Source of the DNA: Verrucomicrobiota bacterium | GTDB lineage: Bacteria > Verrucomicrobiota > Verrucomicrobiia > Limisphaerales > Palsa-1400 | Length of the DNA: 32,867 nt | Reading direction: 5' to 3' | NCBI GenBank assembly: GCA_049510745.1 | Contig: JBEKYR010000051.1 | Coordinates: 1 to 32,867, forward strand | Shown here: piece after piece, positions 18,081 to 28,668 of the stretch | Layout: the number at the start of each line of letters is the position of its first letter | How positions within the stretch are numbered: the stretch's first letter is position 1 | Translations under genes and position numbers: made by a program | The notes under the pieces: generated by a model | The model's database searches: none | What the model was told of the DNA's origin: nothing | What the model saw: only the letters and a program-made list of their open reading frames with translations

Positions 18081-19316
18081 ATGCTCATCCGCGCCCGGAT
18101 TGTATTGCCCGTGTGCAAAGCCCCGGTGGAAAACGGGGCCGTTCTCATTTCCCACAATCGCGTCGCCGCCGTCGGGCCGTGGCGCGAGCTGGCGGCGCGC
18201 GAGCCTGGGCCGCCGGTGGATTTGGGAGCGGCGGTCTTGCTGCCCGGCTTGATCAATGCCCACTGCCACCTGGATTACACCGACATGGCGGGACTGCCGC
18301 CGCAGAAGCAATTCCCCGATTGGATCAAGGGCCTCGTGGCGCTGAAGGCCGCCTCCAGTTACAGCGACTACGCCGCCGCCTGGTTGCGCGGGGCGAAAAT
18401 GCTCGCGCGCACCGGCACCACCACGGTGGCGGACATCGAAGCGGTGCCGGAATTGCTGCCGGAGGTCTGGTCCTCGACGCCGTTGCGGGTGGTGTCGTTT
18501 TTGGAAATGATTGCGGTCGGGAGCTGCCGGAAGCCGGAGGAAATCCTGCGCGAAGCGGCGGCCACGCTGGAGAGCCTTTCGCCGCCGCGCGGGTTCGTCG
18601 GCCTTTCGCCGCACGCGCTCTATTCGACCCAGCCGGCTCTGTTGCGGCAGACGGCGGAGCTGGCCCGGCGGCGGCGCTGGCGGGTGACGATGCACGTGGC
18701 CGAATCGAGGGATGAATTGGACATGTACCTGCACCGGCGCGGACCTATGTTTGACTGGCTCAGGAAGCAGCGGGAGATGTCCGATTGCGGGCTGGGGACG
18801 CCGCTGGCCCAGGCCGGGCGTTGCGGCTTGTTGGGGCCGAATTTCCTGGCCGTTCACGCCAACTACCTCGAACCCCACGACATTGCAGCGCTGGCCCGGG
18901 CGCACGCCAGCGTGGCCCATTGCCCGCGCAGCCACGTTTATTTCGGGCACCAGCCTTTTCCCTACCCGCAACTGGCCGCCGCCGGCGTCAACGTGTGCCT
19001 GGGAACCGACAGCCTGGCGAGCGTCAAGACCACGGGACACGGCAAAGCGGAATTAAGCATGTTCGCGGAAATGCGCGCCTTCGCCTTGTCCCGGCCGGAG
19101 GTCGCGCCCGCCGAAGTGTTGCGCCTGGCCACGCGAAACGGGGCGCGCGCGCTGGGCTGGCAGGCGCGCATCGGCGGCCTGTTCCCTCACGCCCTGGCTG
19201 ATTTGATCGCGCTCCCCTTCGGCGGCAAGACGGAGGAGGCGAGCGAGGCGGTGGTGCATCACACCGGCGGAATTTCCGCGGCAATGATTGACGGACAATG
19301 GACTTTTGGCCCTTAA
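18081..19316 (+). CDS. Metal-dependent amidohydrolase (nucleoside deaminase-like)
   Basis: PGLINAHCHLD, SPHALYS, HVAES, VHANY, HCPRSH, LGTDS. Substrate not assignable. Confidence 0.88.
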   Translation: MLIRARIVLPVCKAPVENGAVLISHNRVAAVGPWRELAAREPGPPVDLGAAVLLPGLINAHCHLDYTDMAGLPPQKQFPDWIKGLVALKAASSYSDYAAAWLRGAKMLARTGTTTVADIEAVPELLPEVWSSTPLRVVSFLEMIAVGSCRKPEEILREAAATLESLSPPRGFVGLSPHALYSTQPALLRQTAELARRRRWRVTMHVAESRDELDMYLHRRGPMFDWLRKQREMSDCGLGTPLAQAGRCGLLGPNFLAVHANYLEPHDIAALARAHASVAHCPRSHVYFGHQPFPYPQLAAAGVNVCLGTDSLASVKTTGHGKAELSMFAEMRAFALSRPEVAPAEVLRLATRNGARALGWQARIGGLFPHALADLIALPFGGKTEEASEAVVHHTGGISAAMIDGQWTFGP

Positions 19317-19325
19317 TCTGAATTC

Positions 19326-21377
<2,052 letters not shown>

Positions 21378-21424
21378 ATCGAGGCGCCTGATTTCCCGCA
21401 TTGCGCAGCGTTCGCGGCGCGGCG

Positions 21425-22612
21425 TCACCGCGCGCGCCCCTGCGTTTGCAGCCAGCGTTGGAAGGCTTCGGGACCGACAATCTGTTCCAGCGCCTGCTGT
21501 TGCTGCACCTGGGTCTGGGCCAGCGCCTCGACTTTTTCGTCATTGCTCAGGGCGTCGTCGTTGCGGATGCGGTTCAACTCCGCCTGGGTGGCGCGGTTGA
21601 TTTCATACATCGGCATGACGGACGATGTGGGAACCTGCAATTGTTGCGCGACGGCCTGGGCGGAGCGGTAGAGGGGGTCCTGGTTCAGTTGATAGGCGGC
21701 GTAGGTTTGCGCGCCGAGGGTTTCCTTGATGACCGCCTCGGTTTGCGCCTGGAGCTGTTGCTGCTGCTTGAGCAACTGGGGATCGTTGCCGGCGTAGTAA
21801 TAGACCGGCTGGCCGGTGATCGAATTAAGGGCGTTGAACAAATCGCTGAATTGCGCGGGGGCCAGATTCATGCCGCGCATTTGCTCGCGCAATTGCTGGG
21901 CTGCCGGCGCGTAGCGGAGGGCAAATTCGTCATATTGCTCCGGAGACAAAATGGCGGCCAGTTGCACCAGCGGTTCCTCCCGCAAACGCACCATCTGCAT
22001 CGGATCGACGGGCTTGTTTTGGAGGCGCTGTTGTTCTTGATAGGCGTCGATCTTCTGTTGGGCGGCGGCGATGATGAACAGGGCGGCTTGTTTGACCGGG
22101 CCGGGCATGTCGCCCAGGATGGGGCCGGTCAGGGTGATGCCCCCGCGCGCGGCCGCGGCCTCCTTGGTTTCGACGTTCCAGCCCTGTCCCAGCAGCGACG
22201 TGAGCAACTCGTTGCGTTCGGTGTCCAGGCTCTGAATTTTTGCCGCCGCGGCCCGCACCGCGTCCGGGTCCGGGTCCGAGCGCCACCATTGATAGTTTGA
22301 ATAGACCACCTCGGAAAGCTTGCGGCGGGCGTACAAGCGGTTGACTTCGGAGGTGATGATGTCGCGAATGGTTTGTTCGGGGCACCCGATGGCCCGCAGG
22401 TTCTTGACGAACTCGACGTAGTTGGTGGTTTCGACCTGTTCCCACGTGAAATTCTCGTGCCGGACGATGACGTTGGTGCGGACATAGATTCCGAAATTGG
22501 GGGGGGAAACGGGCACGGTGGACTCGTCGAAGGGCCGGGTGGCCACGTAGAGGCCGGCGGCCAGGAACAAGTTCACGCCAATCGAAAGGATCAGCCAGGG
22601 GCGCGCGCTCAT
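21425..22612 (-). CDS. Hypothetical membrane-anchored, Gln-rich helical protein
   Basis: N-terminal TM (WLILSIGVNLFLAAGLY); WEQVETTNYVEFVKNLRAIGCPEQTIRDII; host-like codon usage. Start placed at ATG 22612. Confidence 0.75.
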   Translation of the reverse strand: MSARPWLILSIGVNLFLAAGLYVATRPFDESTVPVSPPNFGIYVRTNVIVRHENFTWEQVETTNYVEFVKNLRAIGCPEQTIRDIITSEVNRLYARRKLSEVVYSNYQWWRSDPDPDAVRAAAAKIQSLDTERNELLTSLLGQGWNVETKEAAAARGGITLTGPILGDMPGPVKQAALFIIAAAQQKIDAYQEQQRLQNKPVDPMQMVRLREEPLVQLAAILSPEQYDEFALRYAPAAQQLREQMRGMNLAPAQFSDLFNALNSITGQPVYYYAGNDPQLLKQQQQLQAQTEAVIKETLGAQTYAAYQLNQDPLYRSAQAVAQQLQVPTSSVMPMYEINRATQAELNRIRNDDALSNDEKVEALAQTQVQQQQALEQIVGPEAFQRWLQTQGRAR

Positions 22613-22725
22613 GGGGTTATATTTCCTGAAAAACCGCGCGATGCAACCGTTTTCGCGGGGGTTCATCTCAATCTATCGGACCCTCATTAGCGTGCCTGGA
22701 GGCCAAGCCCCGGCCGACCGGGGAA

Positions 22726-22840
22726 AATGACGAATGACTAAAACCGAATGTCTAAAGAATGCTCAAATGACTCAATGACGAAAACTTCGTCATTGGGGCT
22801 TCGTCATTATTTCGTCATTAGAGCTTAGACATTCGTCATT
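22726..22840. repeat. Palindromic array built from AATGAC-type short units
   Basis: AATGACGAATGACTAA pairs with TTAGACATTCGTCATT (15/16); central perfect stem CAATGACGAA-AAC-TTCGTCATTG. Confidence 0.8.
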
Positions 22841-22877
22841 CTTCGCGGGCCTGGCTCCGACGAGTGTTCATTCTCAT

Positions 22878-23963
22878 TCACAATACAGACGTGGGCCGTA
22901 TAGCACCGTTTTTGACTTCCCACCGTTGCAGGTCGCGGCCCAGTTCCCGCGGCCAGTTTTCTTCCGTGCAGGTCATGAAGACCTGGCTGCTTGCCGCGCG
23001 CGCCTGGTTGAGCAACGGCAAAAATCCCGCCCGCCGTTTCGCGTCCAGTTCGCCCATGATGTCGTCGATCAGCAGGATCGGCGGCGTTCCGTGAAGGGAC
23101 GACAAATACTCCGCCTGCGCCAGCTTCAAGGCGATGGCGATGGAGCGCCGCTGCCCTTCGCTGGCGAACTTGCCGGCCGGCTTGCCGTCCAGAAGCAGTT
23201 GCAGTTCGTCGCGGTGCGGTCCCAGGAGCGTGGAGCGAAAGGCCCGCTCGCGCGCGCGGTTGCGGGCCAGTTCGACCGCGAAATCGTGGCGGACCGACGG
23301 CTGGTATTCCAATTCCAATCGCTCGGCCGGGCCGGCCACGCGGGCGCAGGCCGCGCGCGCCAGGGGCGCCACCCGCGGCAGGAGGTCGCGGCGGAAATTC
23401 ATCAGCTCCGCCCCCGCTTCCACCAATTGGCGGGTGAACCCCTCCAGGGCGGCCGGATCGGGCGCGGGCTGTTTGAGGAGGGCGTTGCGCGAGCGCAGGG
23501 CGGCGGCGTAGCGTTGCAGCAACGGCAAATAAACGGGGTGCGTCTGAGTCAACAACAAGTCCATGAACCGCCGCCGCAACCGCGCCGTCCCCTTGACCAG
23601 TTGCAGGTCTTCGGTGCAGAAGACCACCGCCCGTAGCGTCCCCAGGTAATCCCCCAGCCGGCGCACCGGCTGGCCGTCCAGGCTTAATTTGCGTTCTGCC
23701 GCGGACCAGTAAATTTTGATCTCGTGTCCGGCGCGCGCCAGGACCCTGGCCCCCACGAAATAGCCTTTCTGGCCGTGGCGGACCATTTGCGCGCCGCCGA
23801 CGCCCCGAAATGAGCGCAGCGTGGCCAGCAGATAGATCGCTTCGAGGATGTTCGTTTTGCCTTGGGCATTGTCGCCCAGCAGGAGGTGGAATCCGGGTTT
23901 GAAATCCGCGTCCAACCGGCCGTAATTGCGAAAGTCGCGCAACTTGAGAGCAGCCAAATGCAC
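22878..23963 (-). CDS. recF: DNA replication/repair protein RecF
   Basis: LKLRDFRNY, GDNAQGKTNILEAIYLL...SFR, GPHRDEL, ASEGQRRS, PILLIDDIMGELD. Start GTG 23963. Confidence 0.95.
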   Translation of the reverse strand: MHLAALKLRDFRNYGRLDADFKPGFHLLLGDNAQGKTNILEAIYLLATLRSFRGVGGAQMVRHGQKGYFVGARVLARAGHEIKIYWSAAERKLSLDGQPVRRLGDYLGTLRAVVFCTEDLQLVKGTARLRRRFMDLLLTQTHPVYLPLLQRYAAALRSRNALLKQPAPDPAALEGFTRQLVEAGAELMNFRRDLLPRVAPLARAACARVAGPAERLELEYQPSVRHDFAVELARNRARERAFRSTLLGPHRDELQLLLDGKPAGKFASEGQRRSIAIALKLAQAEYLSSLHGTPPILLIDDIMGELDAKRRAGFLPLLNQARAASSQVFMTCTEENWPRELGRDLQRWEVKNGAIRPTSVL

Positions 23964-24031
23964 GGGGACAGCATTCCGAATCGGACGGCGGATGCCAGCA
24001 CAAAGAACCAAAAAACGACCGAATCCGGCCG

Positions 24032-24286
24032 TCAGAAGAGGCTTTTGATCTTGGTCGTCGGAGGCCGGGACACCAGTAGCGCGCCGCGCGGTCCGACCGG
24101 ATAGGTGACATCGTCGTCGGCGTGCTTGGATTTGACCACGATGAGGGCGCCGGGAAAGTTCTGTTCCCGGCAAAAAGCCTCCGCCTGAGCGATGGTTTCG
24201 AAATCCATCGCCCGCTCCAAATCCTCACCCCACCCGACGCCATCAAAGAAGGCCCTGCTGCCCGAATCTTGAACCAAAATACGCAT
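24032..24286 (-). CDS. Small hypothetical protein (84 aa)
   Basis: Globular-looking MRILVQD...FFDGVGW....ERAMDFETIAQAEAFC; ATG start after an AT-rich leader; co-oriented with recF. Confidence 0.65.
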   Translation of the reverse strand: MRILVQDSGSRAFFDGVGWGEDLERAMDFETIAQAEAFCREQNFPGALIVVKSKHADDDVTYPVGPRGALLVSRPPTTKIKSLF

Positions 24287-24351
24287 GCTTTGAGCAAGGT
24301 AAGGGATTCCCTCTCAGTTTGGCAAGTAAAATCCCTCATTACAAAAAATTA

Positions 24352-24685
24352 GGGTGCAGGACAGAATTGTGGTAATTGGGGCATCGGCTGCCGTTCAAGC
24401 GGCCAGTTTGAGCAGATCATTTCGTGCCGCGTGGGCGGCAGCGCGCGCTTGGCAGAAGGCGTCCAGGCGATTGCTCAGGAAGGCGCAGCGCAGGTCCAAC
24501 ATCCCTTGGCCTCCTTCTTCAGACCAGAACATTCCCGAACATTTCATTTTCTGGCCAATGACGGTTTTGCAGCCGGCTTCGACCACTCCGGAACCGATGA
24601 AATAGCCCGCTTTGCGGAACGTGCCGTAGGTCATGCGCTCCAAATTGTTCTCCAGATAGCCGATTTCTTTCCGGGCCTTGTCCGT
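24352..24685 (-). mobile_element. Truncated ISKra4-like insertion sequence: transposase C-terminus plus one probable terminal repeat
   Basis: Frame reads KARKEIGYLENNLERMTYGTFRKAGYFIGSGVVEAGCKTVIGQKMKCSGMFWS (IGSG.VE..CK signature); stop at 24395. Candidate end GGGTGCAGGACAGAATT at 24352 next to an AT-rich flank. 5' portion absent. Confidence 0.8.
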
Positions 24686-24743
24686 GGAAGGGTTCCCGTT
24701 AATTGCTCGACAGCCGTCCTCAGTCCGCTACCCTGCTGCTCCC

Positions 24744-25661
24744 ATGTCGGAAGCAACCAGTTCAGCGCCGGTCCCGTTGTCCAAGGGCGCCGTTTTTTTT
24801 CGCCGGCTGTTCAGTTTCGTCCTCCTTTGGACCATTGTCATTGGCGCGCTATTCTCCGGGCACAAGGCGCTCTCGGATTGGGTGTTTCTGGTCATCATCG
24901 CGGCGCTGGCGGTTTCCGGTTTGCTCGAGTTTTACGGCATGGTGCGGAAACTGGGCTACGCTTGCTTTGACAAATTGGGGATTTTTGGCGGCCTGCTTTT
25001 GATCCTGTCCACCTTCGTTTATATCTCCGGCGATTTCCGGCCCGCCGCCTCGCCTTCGCGCATGAACGATTTTGAAACGAGCTTCTTTATCATTTTTGTT
25101 CTGGGCCTGTGCATCCGCCAATTCGTCTCGCGGCAAATCAACACGGGCATTCTCGCCATCGCCACGACTTTGCTCGGCTTGATGTACGTGCCCTGGCTGT
25201 TGAATTTCATCCAGAAAATCAATTTCTTCGGCCAGGCCGGCGTCGATGGCCATTATTACGTCCTCTATTTCGTCCTCGTCACCAAATTCAGCGATTGCGG
25301 CGCCTACGCCACCGGCTCCCTCATCGGCCGGCACAAAATGATCCCGCGCATCAGTCCGGGAAAAACCTGGGAAGGCTTCGGCGGCGCCATCGTCATGTCC
25401 ACCGCCGCCAGCGTCCTGTTTGCGCGCTGGGCGGGGCCGCACCTGACCGGGATGACGCCGGCCCACTCGATCATTTTGGGAATCATTCTCAGCACCGCGG
25501 CCGTGATTGGCGATCTGATCGAGTCGCTGTTCAAGCGCGAAGCCGGCCTGAAGGATTCCGGCCATTCGTTCCCCGGCATTGGCGGCATTCTCGACCTGCT
25601 GGACAGTCTGCTTTTCAACGCGCCGTTGATGTACCTGTACCTGCGGCACATTTTGACGTAA
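24744..25661 (+). CDS. cdsA: Phosphatidate cytidylyltransferase
   Basis: Multi-TM protein; SDCGAY..G..IGRHK..PRISPGKTWEG, GDLIESLFKREAGLKDSG...PG.GGILDLLDS. Confidence 0.94.
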   Translation: MSEATSSAPVPLSKGAVFFRRLFSFVLLWTIVIGALFSGHKALSDWVFLVIIAALAVSGLLEFYGMVRKLGYACFDKLGIFGGLLLILSTFVYISGDFRPAASPSRMNDFETSFFIIFVLGLCIRQFVSRQINTGILAIATTLLGLMYVPWLLNFIQKINFFGQAGVDGHYYVLYFVLVTKFSDCGAYATGSLIGRHKMIPRISPGKTWEGFGGAIVMSTAASVLFARWAGPHLTGMTPAHSIILGIILSTAAVIGDLIESLFKREAGLKDSGHSFPGIGGILDLLDSLLFNAPLMYLYLRHILT

Positions 25662-25697
25662 TTTCCCCCGCCATTTTTTCCGTCACCCCCGAAGAAA

Positions 25698-26324
25698 TCA
25701 ATCGTCTCGACAGAGGCTTTCCGGCAACGCGGTCAGCTCGCCAGCCGCGCCGTCGGGCCTCCAGACGACACGACCGTTTTCCGAGACACGGACGATGACT
25801 CCACGCAACGAGCCGCGCAAGGTTTTCACACGGTCCCCGGCTTTTAAATCGGCGGTTTTGGAAAGGGACTCGACAATGCCCACCATCGCTTCCCACGGCA
25901 ACACGCCCGCGACGTAGTGGGCGACGGCGGACATAACTTCGCGACGGCGCCCGGTGGGCAAGTCGGCGAAAACAAAGTCAATGACCGTCCGGCCGACGTC
26001 GGCGAAAGTGTTGCCGTTGAAGAAAAGAAACGGAGCGCTGCGATGGCAGTGCCGCAGGAACTCTATGGTTTCTGCGAGGGTGCGGACGGTGGCTTGCCCT
26101 TGGCGCCACTCTGCTTCAATCGCTCCATAGCTCTCTGAATTCTGGCCGTGCTGCGCGCCTCCTCTTGCGCACGCTCCTCGGTTGAGGCCGACGACAAGGT
26201 CCCAACTCCGGTTTTTGAGAAATGCGGCTCGGGCTTGTAACGGTGATTGTTCGCCAGGACTTCCTCGAGGATGTCCTCGTCGGTCAGATGCTCCAGCAGA
26301 TCCAATCGTAGTTTCATTCTTCAT
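25698..26324 (-). CDS. Hypothetical protein with a degenerate Fic/Doc-like motif and a C-terminal KOW/SH3-like segment; true start uncertain
   Basis: FLRHCHRSAPFLFFNGNTFA resembles HPF.DGNGR; LKAGDRVKTLRGSLRGVIVRV. The first ~33 codons look like off-frame sequence. Confidence 0.6.
   Translation of the reverse strand: MKNETTIGSAGASDRRGHPRGSPGEQSPLQARAAFLKNRSWDLVVGLNRGACARGGAQHGQNSESYGAIEAEWRQGQATVRTLAETIEFLRHCHRSAPFLFFNGNTFADVGRTVIDFVFADLPTGRRREVMSAVAHYVAGVLPWEAMVGIVESLSKTADLKAGDRVKTLRGSLRGVIVRVSENGRVVWRPDGAAGELTALPESLCRDD
26063..26317 (-). CDS. Small charged hypothetical protein (possible antitoxin), nested in another frame of the previous ORF
   Basis: MKLRLDLLEHLTDEDILEEVLANNHRYKPEP...EERAQEEARST; amphipathic/acidic; ATG downstream of an AT-rich tract. 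Confidence 0.5.
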   Translation of the reverse strand: MKLRLDLLEHLTDEDILEEVLANNHRYKPEPHFSKTGVGTLSSASTEERAQEEARSTARIQRAMERLKQSGAKGKPPSAPSQKP

Positions 26325-26586
26325 AAATTAACAGTTTCCGTGGCTCCGCGCAATCGCCTTTTCCGGCGCGGAGCTTGCCTTGGCGAATGTTCTTGGCGCG
26401 CTGCTCCCATTCGGTGCGGGTGTGCCAGGTGGCGGCGTAAGAAGCCAGTTTGTCGCGGCCTTGTTCCTCGATCAGGCGCGGTTCCTTCATCGGCAAGGTC
26501 GCGGCCGGCTGGGCGGGCGCGGTTCCGACGAGGAGGAGAAAGGCGGCAAATGTGCTTGAAACCGCGGTGATTCTGTAGGATTTCAT
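26314..26586 (-). pseudogene. 5' fragment of a secreted hydrolase (acetylxylan-esterase-like N-terminus)
   Basis: Signal peptide MKSYRITAVSSTFAAFLLLVGTAPA, then EEQGRDKLASYAATWHTRTEWEQRAKNIRQG; ends without any catalytic domain. Family call from recall only. Confidence 0.45.
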
Positions 26587-26710
26587 CTGGCGTGACCAAA
26601 CGAGTATGCGCCACGCTCGCGCCCAGTCAATTGCAAGTTTACCAGGACGAGGGGTGAGTCTCGATGTTAGATGCGGGTTGGCGCCGGCGGAGGGCCAACC
26701 TTGAGTGGAC

Positions 26711-26748
26711 AAGGATGAAGGAAGAAGGATGAAGGATGAAGGATGAAG
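26711..26748. repeat. Heptamer tandem repeat (AAGGATG)n, about 5 units
   Basis: aaggatg aaggaag aaggatg aaggatg aaggatg aag. Confidence 0.85.
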
Positions 26749-26833
26749 ACCCATTTCCTTTGGCACTTGTGAGGTTTTTCGTCACTGGTCGCCGTCGCCG
26801 AATCCGGGTATTTTTGAGAATTTCATTTTTTGG

Positions 26834-26890
26834 CGGGATTTACCCGGATTTACCCGGATTTGGCCGGATTTTTTCGGATTTGTCCGGGTT
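26834..26890. repeat. Degenerate 10-bp tandem repeat (CCGGATTTNN), 5-6 units
   Basis: cgggatttac ccggatttac ccggatttgg ccggattttt tcggatttgt ccgggtt. Confidence 0.85.
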
Positions 26891-27499
26891 CTTGAGTTCG
26901 TTTTCCGGGTTGAATCCGGCATTTTTTGCCGCTTTTCGGGGTAGTTTGCGGTGCTGGCGGTGCATCGGGTCTGCGGTTGAACCGGTGCGGGATTGACTAG
27001 TTTGATTGGTGAGCCAATGGGACCACGTGGACGAATGCGACGAATGGCTGATCTGATGGGAGAGGTCTCCGAGCCACGGGCCGGTGTTGACCGGGCCGCA
27101 CTGAGCACTTTGCATGTTGCATGTGTCATTCATGCTGGCTCGATTTAAGCACAGGTCTATCAAGACGAAAAACCTACGGAAGGAAAATTTTTAGAAAAAA
27201 AGAGGATAAAAGAGGATTTAGCCGCAGAGAGCGCAAAGATCACAGAGATAACGAGTTGCAACGGACGGAATCCCCAAAAACACCGATAAAATGCAAACCA
27301 AATGCAAAATAGGTTCCGCGCCGGCGCGAATTTTCTGCCAAAGACGGGCCTTTTTTAGAGACGGGATTTGTAAGTTGCTTTCATTGTGGGGGTTGGAAGT
27401 GAATCAGTGATTCAGTGAGTGGCGTGGAGGAGGCGGGTGGACCGGATGGCCGGGTTGAATAGTTACATCGAATTGATCAACGCCGGGCAGGCTGCAAAA

Positions 27500-27736
27500 T
27501 CATAATTCGTCTCCCGGCAGGGGTGGGACATCGGGCGAGGCGTCCAGGAAAGCAACAAAGTCCTCGCGCTTGGCGTGAAGGGCGCGCTGACGGAGATGGT
27601 CCAGCGTCATCAAGGCGCTTAACTTCTCGGCTGCGGCCGAGGAAAGCAATTGGTCCACAGTAAGGCCCTCCTTGGCCGCATATTCGCGGAGTTGGCGCGC
27701 CAAGCTTTCGGACATCTGGATGGTCAGTGTGCTCAT
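27500..27736 (-). CDS. Ribbon-helix-helix antitoxin-like protein (78 aa)
   Basis: MSTLTIQMSESLARQLREYAAKEGLTVDQLLSSAAAEKLSAL...YL/HLRQRA-type helix...PDVPPLPGDEL; RHH pattern. Start ATG 27736. Confidence 0.8.
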   Translation of the reverse strand: MSTLTIQMSESLARQLREYAAKEGLTVDQLLSSAAAEKLSALMTLDHLRQRALHAKREDFVAFLDASPDVPPLPGDEL

Positions 27737-28032
27737 TTTTCTTTCTCGATCAGTCTGAGGAATCGGGACGGTGCCACCGCCGCGACTCCCCATTTTTCCA
27801 TTCCCCGGAAATCCCGGAGATTGTGGGTCGCAATATAGCGGCAATTGGCGGCGACTGCCAGTTCAGGAATGAGATCGTCGTCCGCTCAGAACCTGCACCG
27901 GCTGCGCGGTGCGGGAAGAAAACGATAATATGCCGTGATGTGGGACCCGTTTACAAACCCATCTTCCATTTTCCGGGCTTGATCCCTCAACGCTTTTTGC
28001 TGCGACGACGATGAAATGTCGGCGGCAAAGAG

Positions 28033-28482
28033 TCAAGAAGTTGCGTCCTTGCCTATAGCTTTTGGATCGAGAGGTTCCAACGCGCGCCACCGGTCGTACT
28101 GCTCAAGGTTTGACACTTTGCTTTCATCAAGGAAAGCAGAGGCCATGGCCTTTGCGTACTCCAGCTCCTTTGGTTCAAGAGCCTTTTCGGCCTGTTCGAG
28201 CATGTGGTCAAAAGTCCAAGGCTGTCGCTGGAATCCTTGCTTGATGGCAAATTTGAAAGCCCGTTCCCAAAGTTGGGCATCTTGCCCCATCATCCTTGAG
28301 ACAAGCCAAAGCGAAAAACAAGCTTCTGCTATGTTCATCCATGCGGTTGGATCAAAATGTTTTAAGGCGGAGAGAAGGGAACTTCGGCGGATCAGGGTAG
28401 TCCTCCATCGCCTGATCGCTGAAAAACAAGAGTAATTCGCTTGTCTTCCAGGCTGCTGGCTTGGTTGGTCGCTCGTTGCGGA
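28033..28482 (-). pseudogene. Probable 3' fragment of a foreign helical (possibly TPR-like) protein
   Basis: Frame is open from ~28482 to 28033 with the first ATG only at 28338; AT-richer DNA; helical sequence; upstream is occupied by palindromic repeats. Confidence 0.35.
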
Positions 28483-28529
28483 TCACGGCGGATATGCGCC
28501 TCGCCAACAGCCCGGAATCTGGCCCGCCA

Positions 28530-28668
28530 TAGAGCGGTTTAAGAAATAGTGTAGCCGGTGGTCGACGGAGAATGTGTTCGGCGAGGCGCCGAACACGGCG
28601 GGCGAGGGCGCCCGCGCTCCCCAAAACCCCTACGCCTCAGCGGCTACAGTTTTCGTGAAATTGCTCTA
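28530..28668. repeat. MITE/REP-like element with imperfect terminal inverted repeats, enclosing a GGAG-type double hairpin
   Basis: Left end TAGAGCGGTTTAAGAAATAGTGTAGCCGGTG versus reverse complement of right end TAGAGCAATTTCACGAAAACTGTAGCCGCTG; internal perfect stem GTGTTCGGCG-AGG-CGCCGAACAC. Confidence 0.7.

Noticed and set aside
18081..19316. Specific assignment as aminodeoxyfutalosine or methylthioadenosine deaminase
   Set aside because: Motifs support only the superfamily; no pathway genes nearby.
22726..22840. Mini CRISPR array
   Set aside because: Units are only 6-10 bp, arranged as an inverted repeat, with no spacers.
26782..27163. ORFs of 107-115 aa across the repeat tract
   Set aside because: Low-complexity translations of the 10-bp repeat with no recognisable domain.
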